64,000 nucleotides of DNA from Lama glama (lineage: Eukaryota). Below are positions 13,345-27,220 of this stretch, piece after piece. Location: the NCBI GenBank assembly GCA_028534125.1, contig CM052817.1, forward strand, positions 88,600,001 to 88,664,000, written 5' to 3'. Each line of letters starts with the position of its first letter. Position 1 is the first letter of the stretch. The position numbers and the translations under genes are program-made. Under the pieces are notes generated by a model. That model saw only the letters and a program-made list of their open reading frames with translations, had not been told where the DNA came from and ran no database searches.

Positions 13345-13715
13345 AGTCCATTGCAGGGATTTGGAAAGAGTTATACCATGATGTAGGCATTTACTTTTAA
13401 AAGAACAGTCTTGTCAAATGTTTTGAAAATAGAACATACAGAGGCAAAGACCTCAGTAAGGAATTAATACATTAAATCCAGATGGGAGAGGAAGTAGCTC
13501 AGAGCTGGAAGACAGAGGTGAAATGTTTGAATTCTAGATATATTTTAAAGACAGCTAACAGAAGTTGCTGTTGGATTGGATGTGGGGTATGACAAGAAAT
13601 GCCTAATCAATGAGATATCAAGGATTTTGGTCTCAGGGAATAAAAGGATGGACTTGCTGCTCATTGAGATGGGGAATTGGATAAAGCAGATTTGGAGAGA
13701 GAGAATGGAAGATTT
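13345..13715 (-). mobile_element. L2 fragment
   Basis: 'attctagatatattttaaag...ttgctgttggattggatgtggggtatga'. Confidence 0.7.
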
Positions 13716-14959
13716 TGTTTTTTGTTTTTTGTTTTTATAGGTAAATTATAGATATTTACATAATAGGTGGTTATAGAAAAAAAATCTAGAATAGAAGTAC
13801 TAATGTTATGTCTTTATCTCAGCACACTGACATGTTTGAAGATAATTTGCCTTAACTAAGATGATAGCAGTGGGGACAGAGAGAAAGGAGAAAATATTTA
13901 GGTGATATCATTGATTGGTCCCATGACTGATGCTGAGAGAAGGAGGAGGGATGAAGAAGAAATGGGAAATCATAAGCTGCATTTGTTTCAGAAACATCTT
14001 TATGGACAGTTTGTATATTATCACAAAATCTTTAGGGTGAGATCAAACTCTGTTGCTTTTATTAATTTGTTAATTTTGGCCCCAAAGAAATCTGGGGAGC
14101 ATAAGAAGTTCTGAGACTTTTATACTGACTTATAGAACAGCATCTCTCACTAATGCTACCTTCACAGAACATTTATACTGCTTACTTGTTTTACAGAATT
14201 CTGAATAAGGGGCAAAATCACATCACACCATTCCATAATACAGATATTTATATTTTTAACTATAGAATACAATATAATTTGTAAAATTTAAAATCAAGTT
14301 CTTTTGATTTAAGCAAAAAGAGCACAACTAAACTGTCCTTTGCTTAACAATATTGAAAAAAAATAATTAAATATATTCTACTTTATTTTCAGCATAACTT
14401 TTTATCATGGTGGTATACAGTACAATATGTTTTATAATTATAACATACTATATTTAGATCACTCAATTTTTGTAGCCTTGTTTTTACTCACTCGACATTC
14501 ATTTTTCATGCTGATTTTTTTTTGTTTTGCACTTGCTACTATTCTGCTGATTGCTAATTTTCAAACATTTCATTATTTTAAAAATTTTCTTAAAGATGTA
14601 CGCCTTTAAAAAAAGACACAATTTGGGACTGCAATTTTTAAAGTTAATTGATGTTCTTTATCTTTACAAAGGTAATCAATATTTGTTATACCAGCTATTT
14701 TAGTTTTTAACCGAATTAAAATATACGTATATTGCTTCAACTTAAAGATAATTGATATCTATATTCTATGACTTACACAGGCTATTACCTGTGATGTTAA
14801 GCTTCTCCATGTTTGAAAGATTTACAAATATACACAACTTCCCTGGTAAGTGAAGAGTATATGAGATAATACTGAATTGGTGGGAAGGAGAAGTACGAGA
14901 GAGTACTTATCTAATGTTGTGCCACTAAAAAGAAAATAATTTTTATATATTTAGGCATA

Positions 14960-15130
14960 AACTAACAGTGGACTTAATGGTCATTTTTACATTACCTTAT
15001 TTAATTTATCCAACAATCCTATGAAGATGACAGTATTAAATTCCATTTAAGAAATAAAGAATGGAGAGACTGGATGATTAGCCAAGAGCACACAACTGGA
15101 AGTCAGAAGAGCCGGAATTCAACCCAGTGC
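14960..15130 (-). mobile_element. MIR fragment
   Basis: 'tttaatttatccaacaatcctatgaag...cacacaactggaagtcagaagagccggaattcaacccag'. Confidence 0.7.
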
Positions 15131-18100
15131 CCACGTAGGGCACCATCAAGCAATTCCACCTCACAGTAAAAGATGATGCTATATGACCCAAGAAATGTTG
15201 TTCTTCCTCTGAGGTAACATGGATGAGCTTCTGCCATGAAAGTTTAAAACTAGTATTTGAGCCTCCTAATTACTAATGTCTCTGTTCTTATTTTGTTCTA
15301 TGGGTAAGACAGTCAAATATCTGACATTGACATAGGTGGATAATTAAATATATATTCACTTCACATTTTAAAAGATTTTTGCTTAGCACTTTGACTTTTA
15401 TATCATATTGTAAACTTCTGCTACTCTTGACATAATATTGAAATTTTCCTTTTTTAAATAGTGAGTTATGATGCTTAAGTCATTTGTTGTTATACTGTTA
15501 AGATACTATGTCTTGGGTGGTTGATGTGAAAAATATTTAACCTAATAATGTGTTAGGTAAAATTTATTTTCCCAGGTACAATGTTCTTTTTATTTCTCCT
15601 GACATTAACTTAAAATTCATTTTATTGAGCTTTTGTGTTGCAAATGGAGCAATACTTATTATGGTTTTGGTAATCTTAAACACTTTGATATAAGCCAAAA
15701 TGATTATTGTATAAATTAGAATTGAAATGAGAGAGTAGGATGATTTGTGTATAAAACACTAATGATATACAATTATTCATTCACAACAGGCATACTTGGT
15801 CTTTCTGTATATTCATTCATCATCAAGATTCATCTTTATCAGCACAACACTTCAGACTTTCAGTATTCAAGTAATTTATGATGCTTGGAATTACATGCAT
15901 TGGTAGACTATTTTTACAAGTTTTAAACAGATGGTTTTATATCAGAAATTTTTATCAAGACAAAGAACAAACAGAAATAAGTTCTTTACAGCCAAATTAT
16001 ATTTCACTGTATGAATTTCTGCAAACTCAAGCGTACCGAGTGTATCTCTGAAATTCTATTCAGTTTCAAAGACTGTAATTGCATTGCACACTTTAAAAAG
16101 TTCATTTTTTATGATAACCTACTTGTTAAAATATTTGGCATGAATTTTCAGGATAATTAATTTGTTAAAAACAGGGTGCAAGAATTTTCCTTGCAGGGAA
16201 TCACTGTGCAAGGCTTATTACTTTTCTGACCAAACTGTAGGTTCTGCTAGAAAAATGGGTTATTCTAAACCTCAGTTCTTCAGTTCTGTGCTGAGTGTAA
16301 CCTGTAGTTAGATTAGACCAGTGAAATGCTATCATAAAATTTAAAATGTACATATATAGAGAGAACTATATGTCACATTATGTAATTAAACCAGGAAAGT
16401 AAAGGTCATATCTATGTTATAGTTAAACAAACAACTTTACAAAGTTACAATATTACTCATCTCTAAAGTATAAGAATTAAGTTAGAATATTAAATTATTC
16501 CCAGCTTTACTATCTCATGATTCCTAGAGAATTAATAAGTTTATAGAAAACCTGTTTGCTCATTACAAAGCACTCATCTTGCTTAATAAAATGCTTCACC
16601 AACTTTTTTTTAAGAGGTAACAGTATGTTTCCAAAAACATGGTTAGAGATATTGGTCTCATATACGCATATCTGAGGCAAATGATGAAAATTTTCCTGTC
16701 ATAAAGAGGAAGAGAGTTTGTAATACTAGACACCTAAAAGCTTTTACTCAATGTCTACATCAAAATAAGAGTAACATAAACAACATTATATGGAAATGTT
16801 TTAGATTTCTATCATCTATTTAGTATTATAAGCTTTTTTCCTACATTAATCTAATAAAAATGTAAAGAAACACACACACAAATAAGAAAAATCATTAAGG
16901 CAGGACTTAAGTATAACTGATTTCTACTCATATACAATTAGAGGCAAATGTCTATGTGTGTGTGTATATAAATATATTTTTTAATCTTATGGGTGCAGCA
17001 TATCTTTTGAATTATATTGGTAAGTTCTATACATTCAAAAGCCTATCAAACAACTAGTAGATAGAAAGTTTATTTGGCCATCTTAGAGAGCATGGGGGCA
17101 GAGTGGACTAGTAGGTTATGGGATTGGGTTACAGGACATATTATTGTAACAAGGAAGATCGTTTTTTGTGTTAAAAGCATCAGGATGTTTATTAAAGGAT
17201 CTCAGCAGATTGCTGACTGTGTATATGAAAAACCAATGGTATTGCCAGATCACAAGTAAACCCTCAGAATGAGGCAGGGTTCCCGTAATTCGTGACTGTA
17301 ATTTGACACCAAGGATATTGTTAAATCATCTAGTATTCCCTACAGTTCTAAAATTAATTGTTCTATTTAACGCCTTGTTTTCAGATGTTTCCAATTGATA
17401 AAGAGTTTAAAGAATTTAGATTTAATGTATAAATTATTATTGTTCACAGTTTATTTTCCCTTTAAAACTTCCATTTTGAGGGGTATCATCCACATATGTC
17501 TGAATAAAGCATGGAATAATATAAACTTATAGATCAACTTATACAATATGACCCCAAAACATTTAGAAAGCATTTATATTCATGGAGTTCTGTCAGGCAA
17601 TGCATTGAAGAAAGACCCTATAAACCCTGCCTTCTACATGTTTTCCAGAAAAGCTCTCAGGTATTTAAAAAAATGTTTTGTAACTTGTTTACATACAAAC
17701 ACTAAATATCTATGTATTTTCAGAATTGTTTATTTAGAAGAAAGAAGATATATTCACGAAGTGTTTCCATGAATTGGTGCTGGGGCACACATGGTATTTA
17801 TTTATTGTTTAAATATATGATATATTCTGAGGTAACTACATATAATTGTAAACAAAAATAAATCCCTGAATATGGGGCACTCTTTAGTTTGAGAAGCCCT
17901 GAATACCTAGAGATATATTAATTTTGAATAAAATATTTGATTAAGGGAATATATGCAAATAATTGCATACTTCCATCACCTCATTCTACTTCATGTAAGC
18001 ACTATCTTATAAAAACTGAAAAATAAGTGAAACTGGGTGAGTTTGAATGTCAAACCTGTATTTTAGGGTTTACTCTTGGAAGGTGGCAGAAAATGGACTA

Positions 18101-19997
18101 TTAAGAAAGTAAAGTCATGACATGCTAACCAAAAAGGTAACAGTAAAGGTTTACAATCCATAGTGAAATTTGGAAAAGCTAAGGATCACAGTATAGTGTA
18201 TTCAATAAATCATGTAAACCCTGCCATCCTTTTACTCTCCTCTGTATTAAAATTTTTAAAGAGTAATGTTGGTTCTATTGTTAGTGTTATAATGTTGGTT
18301 ACTGTAGGAAATCAATGTAGATAAATGAAAAAGCTCACTAGAAGTTTTATCATAAAAAAATATATATTAAGTAATAAAATTTTATTAAAAAATGAATTTA
18401 TTTTCCTGAGGACACTAGTGTACTATATCTAAACCAAAACTATTGAATGATGTAGGTTCAAAAACAGTATTAATGATCTTGCAGGATAAACAAGTTAAAT
18501 CAAAGATATTTATAAATTGAAAGTCTTAATATCTTATTGCTAATTTTTAATAAAATAAGGTCAAGTATATAAAATATAAAATGTGTTGTGGTTAACACAG
18601 TGAGATTTTGGAGTTCAACACATTTTAATACTTAGAATTCTTCTCAGGAAATTACATGAGTGTGGCATCTCTACAGCTAGAGCAATTAATCCCCAAATTT
18701 ATACATATAACTTGACATGAATAGGTTGTAAGAAATAAAAACATCAATCCAAAGATATTATCTGACATAAACATTTCTAATATAAGAAGTCCTTCATAAC
18801 ATTGTTTTTTTTTTAATTAAGTCATACAAGGAACTCTGAGAAGTAGGCCACCATCTAAACATGAGGAGAATTGTGTATTGTAGAGCTCTAACCAGCGCAG
18901 CATTTCATTCAAGAAGACTGCTTCAAGACTTCATTTAAAATTATCAGGGGCACATTATCTGGGTACACAACAAGAAGCAATTATTGGTTTAATTAGCCGG
19001 CATTCACCACATCACCCTTTTTCTCTTTGTTCGATTGCCAGGCAATTTTCTACAATCATTAAGCAAGGGAACTATAATTCCACAATGACCTAATCTACAG
19101 CTCCTTCTTATCACATTGGAATATTTTAAAGTTATTTATGACTGTCCTCAATAAGAAGTAAACCCATTGGGCAGAAAACACTTCAGGCTTAAAAATTCAA
19201 TATTCATTGACATATTCTAAATCTTGATTATATTTAATAATTGACTGTGTTTTAGTATGGATAAATATTTGCCATGAAATTAAGTTAAGAATATTTGATT
19301 GAAAGGGAACATGTATGATCTCTTTTACAATTTGTTAAAATTCTGCAAGTAACTGATATCTCTCTCACAAGTATATATGCATAAGGGTGAAAATGTACAA
19401 CTAAATTTTAAAAGTGAAGAAACTTTAACATACAATTTACTGAAAACAAAAAATAGACAAAAAAACTTATTCTAAGATTGTTTTTAATTAATCAAACTCT
19501 TGCAGATGGTTGAGTGAAATTACTGCTCACAGTGTTAACCACTGATTTAGGTGAATTCCTAAAATTTGAATGTAATGAGAACTTCCTAGTCTGGCATTAG
19601 AAAACAGGAGTATAAAATTGTGTCCCCTCTGTGAGGCTATAGTTAATACAGGTGTCTTTAGCACAAGAACATCCAGTGGAGGATATAGAAGCAGTAAAAA
19701 TGATGTTGTATGTGAAATTATTCATAAAGCTGGGACTGGGCCATGAACTGTTCAGCAGTTAATTCCCTGGGTGATGAGGTCATCCATTTAGCCAGTGCCA
19801 TAATTCTTATCTCACTGTGCCTCATGATCCATGAATATTTTTTGCAATGTTCTCCAACACACAGAGACAACACTCAAAAGGTAACTACTATCTAGAATCC
19901 CACTGTGTTACAGAAGCACAAATCATGCTATATCCATCAACCTTCAAAAGCCAAAATGTTCTAGTTTAAGGACAAATTCTTTTTCAAAATTTTTTTT

Positions 19998-20128
19998 CAT
20001 TTTATTAACTAGAGTCCACAGTTTACTTCAGGTTTCACAAATGTATAATGACATGCATTCATCATTAGAGTATCATACAGAATAATTTTATCTGCCTTAA
20101 AAATCCTCTGTGCTCTACCAATTCATCC
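19998..20128 (-). mobile_element. L1MC1/2-like 3' UTR fragment
   Basis: 'tgtataatgacatgcattcatcattagagtatcatacagaata...aaaaatcctctgtgctctaccaattcatcc'. Confidence 0.65.
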
Positions 20129-20847
20129 AAGGACCAATTCTATATCCTAGTAAGTTTCTCCTCTCCACTGCCCCAAACTAAAGAGCATGTCACTTCCTAG
20201 TTCTCTCACTGCCCAGTCCACACTGCACTCCCAAGTCTTGGTGACCACAATTCTGATCCTGCCAATCCTCCTGGAAGCTCAAATCCTAGCCTTTCTTGCT
20301 CCCATGATGCTTTAGAAGTCTATCATCTTTTACAACAGTAATGGACAATATAGTTATATATGCTTTTCTTGTAAATTTGAAACAAAAGTAGAAAAAAGGA
20401 GCAGTAAAAGTGATCAAGGTGTAAACATAAATATACTTTCCCAAAAAAACAGTCAGGACTCTGTTACAATAAATTATGTGACATCTAAATATAAGTTGAC
20501 AAGTACCATGTAGCAACACTAGTGTTTCAGTCTCTACTAAGAAACTGGCAATTATATACCTAATTGGTGCGTGCTTTACATTTTTAATTACTAAATAATA
20601 CACAAATCATTTTTGTGGTAAGAGTTTCAAATACTGTGTAAATACAGTGAGATAAATGTGAATGTCCTCTTTCCGATGGCTTTTCTCCCACTGCATCTTC
20701 TCTCACTCAGGGATAAATACTATGAACCTGGTAACCGTGCACTCTTCCAATCCTGTTTTGATGTGTTTATTACAGATAACCAAAAATATATCACTGTCCA
20801 TTATACAAGGGTTTACATAAAAGATGCTATACATATTTATCTGTGAC

Positions 20848-21485
20848 TTTTTTTAAATTGAGTTATATTCAGTTTACAATGTTGTGTCAACCTCTGGTGT
20901 ACAGCACAATTCTTCAGTCATAGGGGAATATACATACATTCATTTTCATATTCCTCCTCAGCATGAGCCACTAGAAGACATGGAATATATTTCCTTGTGC
21001 CATACAGTATAAACTTGTTTATCTATTTTATATGTACCTGTATCTTAAAATCTCAAACTCCCAGTTTATCCCGTCCTACTCACCTCCCCCCTGACAACCA
21101 CAAATTTATATTCTATGTCTGAGTCTGTTTCTTTTTATATGTAAGTTCACTTGCCTTCTTCTTCTTCCTTTTTTTTTAGATTCCACATATGAATGATATC
21201 ATATGGTATTTTACTTTCTCTTTCTGGCTTACTTCACTTAGAATGACATTCTCCAGGAGCATCCATGTTGCTGCAAATGGCATTATGTTGTTATTTTGTA
21301 TGGCTAAGTAGTATTCCATTGTATAAAGATACCACAAATTCTTTATCCAGGCATCTGTCAATGGACATTTAGGTTGTTTCCATGTTTTGGTTATTGTAAA
21401 TAGTGCTGTTATGAACACTAGGGTGCAGGTGTCTTTTTGAATTTGGGTTCCTTCTGGTTATATGCCCAAGAGTGGGATTGCTGGG
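20848..21485 (-). mobile_element. Relatively young 5'-truncated L1 with TSD, inserted in older decayed L1-like sequence
   Basis: TSD tatctgtgac at 20838-20847 and 21486-21495; T-tail; 3' UTR; ORF2 C-terminus. Confidence 0.92.
21176..21418 (-). pseudogene. LINE-1 ORF2p C-terminal fragment (not a host gene)
   Basis: MFITALFTITKTWKQPKCP...WYLYTMEYY...MPFAATWMLLENVILSEVSQKEK is the canonical mammalian L1 ORF2 C-terminus. Confidence 0.92.
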
Positions 21486-22109
21486 TATCTGTGACATTTT
21501 TTTAATATTTGCTTTGGAGATCCCTCTAAATCTGTTCGTTTATGTCTAGGCAACTGTTTTAAATTGCAAAAAAAGTAGTCTGTAGATTTGATTTTATATC
21601 CATAGCCAAAATGGGATATAATTGATTCCAGCCCTTCCATATGACAAACATTCGGGTTGTTTTCAATGCTGCACTGAGCATATTTATACCCAATTTTAGA
21701 CACAAGAGTAATAAGTTATTTAAGGAATCTTAGTGCTTAGAAACAGCCTCATAGTTGCTCAGCATTATATATATGTTTTGCAATATTTTCCCTTTAAATC
21801 CCAATTTACAGTATTATTTGAATATAATTTGGACTTCATATTGAAAAATGTTGGCATTAATTAAAATTAATCAATTTTTAAATGCTTGAAAAATGTGTTT
21901 TCTGTTTGCTGAATAATACATAATATATGTGGTCAGGCTTATTAATTATGAACACATGGGTTTTAAATAATTTATGTTTTATGTTCTTATTCTCTTTAAG
22001 TCTACAAAATATTTTGGAGGCAGCTTAAAATATAAACTACTATTATGTTGAACTTATTATTTTTTCTTACATTTTGAATACTCATTAATTTTATCAGTGT
22101 TTTATCATG

Positions 22110-22560
22110 CATTATTTTATCATTTTTACTTTTTGGTGTGACCCTTGTAAACAGCATATATCACTGTTTTAATCTTAAGCATTTTGATTACTAATGAGTT
22201 AAGACTTATTTTTGGTATTCCTACCATGGTATTTTGTATTTTCCATTTGGCAAAATTGCTTGATCTTGCCCCCTCTCTCTTCATCCATTCCTCCCTCCTT
22301 TTCTTTCCTCCTTCTTTAATTTGTCCTTCACTCTCTTTTGGATAGAATGGGTTTTCATATTTTCTTGGTTCCCACTCATATTGATTCAGTAGTGGTATCA
22401 CTCACTTGTGATCTTCTAATTGTCATCCTCAAATTTGTATTACTCATATTTGGAGAAAAATAAATTGACATCTAGTGTTAACAAGTATCATGGAAAACTA
22501 CATAAGATCTTTGAAGATACTTATCAATTTCCTTTTACTTTCCAGAGTTACCAAGAAATC
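22110..22560 (-). mobile_element. Ancient L1 internal remnant
   Basis: 'ggtgtgacccttgtaaacagcatata' motif and T-rich + strand; weak. Confidence 0.35.
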
Positions 22561-23819
22561 TTTACATAACTCCTATTCCTTTTGTTAATTTAACTTTCAC
22601 AGGGTCAGATTCTTCTCTGTAATGTGGATGTGATTCTACCTCTACTACAGGATTATTGTAATGACTGAGATAGCAGGTAGTTGTGCCTATGTTAATTACT
22701 TGAAACATGGCAGATGGTTAGCCAATGACACTTCTCTTATCTGCATTTATATTTTTAATCAATGCATGTATTTTATGATTATGAAGTTATGGATACCATT
22801 GATTTTTCAATAGTGTATAGTATTATTTTGTATGCTAAAGCTGAGCTTTACTCTTAAAACCAAATCATTTCAGTATCTCTATAGTATAGGATGATAAGGC
22901 CACGTAAAGGAAATAGGATTATGATATACCATTGATCCTTCTTAAGGATAACACCAAAAGTATGAGGCTTTTAATAAGATGATACCAGGTAATTTGTGTA
23001 CAAACACATAGTATATGGCATATACTTGAAAAATATTAAGTATAGTAAAATTTTATTATTTAATTATTTGAAATTTTATAACATGCTTTGGTCAGGCTTC
23101 TGAGATGTGAATATTACCAAATATAATTCTTACTTCATGCTCTGACACCATAAAGTGTTGAAAGTATATAAAGGAAGAATTATGAAGAAAATCAACACAA
23201 AAAAGGCACAGTTAATATTCAAGGTGCAGATGTTCCCCTTAAACAATCAAGGAAAAAATATAATAATGGGAGAAAGAGAAGAGACAGTCAAATAATGAGA
23301 AGCATGGGATGAAAATAGTAGATATACTCCTTACATCCAGACAACTAGATTTCCTTTATCTTATCTCCACATTTAGTGCATAACAAAATGATGTCCTGGA
23401 GTGGAGTTCTGCTGCTTAGTGGAGCCAGAGATGAAGGTACCATATGGAGCAGGTGTTCAGGACAATGCAAAGTTTCACAGTGGGGAGAGACAGGCTTCCA
23501 CTGAGCAGCATGCAAATATTAAAACAAAAATTCCCCCAAATGAAGAGACTTGAGTGAGAACAAGATATTCTAGCCAGCATTATATTTGGATACAGATATG
23601 TTTAAAATGTAACATCTTAAATCACTATGGCTTGGGGAATTTCATGTTATTACACATAAATGAGAACATTTCAAAGTTATGTCCTTATTAAAAGTATTTT
23701 AATTACAATATTCATATCAAAATGTCTTTTTTTTTCATTTTTCACTCATTCATGTTGATTGTTTTGTTGTGCATTTATTTGTTAGCAAAGTGCCAAGTGT
23801 AGCCTTGCACACTGTGGGG

Positions 23820-23970
23820 AATCCCATATTTATCCTGTACTAGATATGTGAAATTGAAACCTAGCTTTTCTGTGTCTCAATTTTTCTTCTTTTAAATAGG
23901 TACAGTAAGGTCCTAAGGGTTATAGTGAAAATTAATGAAGGAATGTGTCCAGTAGCATGCCTGACACCTC
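23820..23970 (+). mobile_element. MIR fragment
   Basis: 'tctgtgtctcaatttttcttcttttaaatagg...gggttatagtgaaaattaatga...tgcctgacac'. Confidence 0.6.
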
Positions 23971-24111
23971 TTTGCTTCATAATAACTCTTAGTTTTCCCA
24001 TTCCACACTTACAACTGGAATCTAATTAGTCATAGCAATATGCACAACAAGTATGATTAGACCCTCACCATCAAATATGTGCAAACTTGATTTTATTTAC
24101 ATAGTTACATA

Positions 24112-24590
24112 TGTCTTTCTTGGCACTGGACCAACCTGCATTTTCCTGATGCAGTCATCTTTTCCTACGCCAGTTCGGGTGCTACCCGCTGGCAGCGCCC
24201 TGCCCACAGCCTCAGCACTTCAGGGCCCACTAGCCTGACTTCCAAATGCCAGGTGCATTGCTTTGCATCTGCACTTTCTTGCCTTGGATCCCACTTTAAC
24301 ACCCATGCAGCAGGCTATCCATGCTGTAGAATTAACACCTCCCCTCACACACTCAGGCAGAACCACCAGGGTTGGTATATAAAGACCCCAGATCTTTCAC
24401 CCACCAGGTAAAATTATTCTGACTGGTGTTTCCTCATTGTCTCCAGTGAGACTGAACTCCAGTCGTCCCCACTGGCAGTTAACTGCATAGTGTCCCCTTC
24501 TCACTTCTCCTTCCCTCTCTTGTCACCTCTCAAAGAACCTATTTGCACTGAATTAGAGTCTTGGGGATGCTTCTGGGGAAACACAGATTT
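24112..24590 (+). mobile_element. ERVL solo LTR, LTR16-family
   Basis: 'gaattaacacctcccc', 'ctccagtgagactgaactccagtcgtccccactggcag', 3' end 'tatttgcactgaattagagtcttggggatgcttctggggaaac'. Confidence 0.7.
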
Positions 24591-24849
24591 TCTCAATCCA
24601 GACCAGCGACTGCAAACCCAAACCTGGTACTAAAATTCCAGTTGCTGTCAAGTGTTTCAATTGCCGGGTCATTTCAATATCCAGGCTTTTCTTTAAGTAT
24701 GTTTAGCACCCTTTTAAACTGCTCACCTGTCCTGCTTCTTTTCAAAGGGTATGACTCTGCCTGGGAGTAGGTACCAAAGAGAGGAGTCTGATTACACAAT
24801 TTAGGGCTCATTAAGATAAATAGAGCAGTGCCAGCCTGTGGTTTCAGGC

Positions 24850-25065
24850 TGGTTTAGAGCCAATCAGGTGATCTTGACAGTGAGGTCTGCGCACAGCACG
24901 TGTGTGACATATTCAGCTCTCGCATGCAGCCGGCTCTTGATTGCTGAGGACGTCAAAGGGGCAGCTGTGTGGCCCTTTGCTTCTCACCTGCATCACCCCG
25001 ACCCACAACTGACTCCTTCCCTGTCGCATATACTGCTGCCATTTCTGCCCACCATGGTCTAGCAG
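24850..25065. promoter_or_regulatory. Candidate promoter/enhancer (motif cluster, CpG retained)
   Basis: AGCCAATCAG 24858-24867, TGCGCA 24888, CACGTG 24897, GACGTCA 24949, E-boxes CAGGTG/CAGCTG/CACCTG; 7 CpGs in 24890-25026. Confidence 0.4.
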
Positions 25066-25667
25066 GGTCCTTCAAAGAGTCTCTGGAAAGGAAGGGTGCC
25101 TCCTTTGCTTCTCTGGGTGTCTGAGGTTGCCATGTGTACTGCCTGTGTTGGACGCTGGATATGCCAGTCAGTCTTTCATTTTCAACTATGTCTATTTGAG
25201 AAAAAATACGCATTTGTCTTTTTTCCCCTCTGGATAAAACTCTGAATTCTGAAGGCCACTTGTATTCTCCCTACTTTCAAAGCCAAGAGAATGATGGGGT
25301 GGGGAGGTGGGGTGAGAGGTGCTCACTAATTCAGCTCTTCCTGTAACTGACTCCTACCCACCTCTGACTCTTTGTTTTCTTACATAGACAAGTTTGTGTG
25401 GATTGCCATTTGTAGTCCACTGGTACACAACCCCTTAGAAACTCAGGCAATGCAATATCTAAAGCCACAGCCAGTGTTGCTATTAAATTAGAATATGAGG
25501 TGAAGAGCATTTATGTGGAAAATCACTTATTTTGTAAACCACTGGAAATCACTTTGATGAAATGACACACACACACACACTTATCTATATGTTATATGCA
25601 TATACCATTTAGTATATATAGTATATACTTAAATAAAGTCAGCAGCAAACAATTAGAAGTCAACATA

Positions 25668-25830
25668 GGGGTGGGTGGCAATATGGGGTGAAGGAGTGGG
25701 AGGTACAAACCACTGGGTATCAGATGGGCTCAAGGATGTTTTGTACAATAGGGGAATATAGCCAATATTTTGTAATAACTGTAAATGGAAAGTAACCATT
25801 AGAACTGGTATAAATTTTTTAAAAATTTTA
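25668..25830 (+). mobile_element. Short L1 3' UTR insertion with degenerate TSD
   Basis: 'gggaggtacaaaccactgggt...ggggaatatagccaatattttgtaataactgtaaatgga'; TSD aagtcaacata (25657-25667) / aactcaatata (25831-25841). Confidence 0.8.
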
Positions 25831-25959
25831 AACTCAATATATTACTAATATACACAAAAAAATCAATGTAGTTTGTTAATTTTGGAAGTGACTAGAGTGA
25901 GATCAGGGACAAGAAGTTACTTGCTGCCCTTGGAGTTCTTATTTGGATGGTGCTCTTCA

Positions 25960-26410
25960 TCTTTACAAGACCTTGACCCTGCCCCTCTCTCCCACCTCAC
26001 TTTCCTCCTCCTGTTTGAAATTATACTCTCCAGCCACATCGTTCTTTTTTGTCCTTGAAAAGAGCAGAATTCCTTCTTCCTTTGCATTTATTCCCTAGGA
26101 AAAATTTTGAATTTGTTGTTCTCTCTACCTGTAATTTTCTTCCAAGATGACTAGATAATCTTTCAATGGTCTTCTCATCCTCATCCATTAAATCTGCTTA
26201 AATATTAAAGTGCAGTCAGTATCATTTCACTCTATTTATTTCATAGCACCCATAATGGCCAAATATTATACATTTATTTGCTTACTATACTTATTTTCTC
26301 AGGAGATTATAAATTCCACTTTCTGAATTCCTAGTGTCTAGACTAGTGTTTGACACATAATAGCATTCAAGGAATATTTGATAAATAGAAAAAATATACA
26401 TGAAGGAATA
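25960..26410 (+). mobile_element. L2 3' end
   Basis: 'ctctccagccacatcg', 'cctagtgtctagactagtgtttgacacataatagcattcaaggaatatttg'. Confidence 0.7.
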
Positions 26411-27220
26411 TGAGCTAAAAGTCTTGTTAGCATTAGTTTTCACCTTGCCTAAGTTTGTTCATTAGACCCATGCAAGGTTATCATTGTTTTGTTTTGTGTG
26501 TCACTACAAGCAAGTACAAAAAGACTAATCTTGAACAAATTAACTTTTTTAAATAAACATATAATGAAAGCAACAGAATTCATATATTTTACATAAAAAT
26601 TTACCTGGGAAATTAAACATTTTACTAGGCCCAATATGAAAATAAAACTTAATTCAAAAATCTTATTTGGTGTTGAGAGAAGGTTGATCATCAAAATCAT
26701 AGTATTTTATAATGATTTTGAAATGCCTGTGAAAATACAAATCTTTATCTTCCAAAACATCTAAAAAACCAGCTCTTACTAAACAAAGTTAATAATTCTC
26801 CTAAACTTATAAATTCAGTTCAAATGTTAAACCCAGAGAAAAGTAAGCTTGCTTAATTTTCTGGGTTATTAAAGTAAAACTGATTTGTTGAAATTAAGCC
26901 AACTCTAGCTTTAAGCATTTCATGCTACTACTTAGAAAATAACTAAATGTAATGAATTTTACTTGAACAACTTATTATGTGTGAAGAAATCTGGAATGTG
27001 TCTAAATTTTCCAAGAATAAAAGTAAATTTAACTCTAACTGTGTCCTCCAAATCTGTATAACGTTCAAGGTGGTGGATAAAAGCACTGAATTGCTTCAGT
27101 ATTTATTCATTTTTGCCATGTATCAAGAGGAAACATTTATCATACAGAGAATAGGGATGAATAAATACACCTCTGGATGTGAAAATGTAAATAAAATGAT
27201 TTCTTGGAAACTAGTATTCT

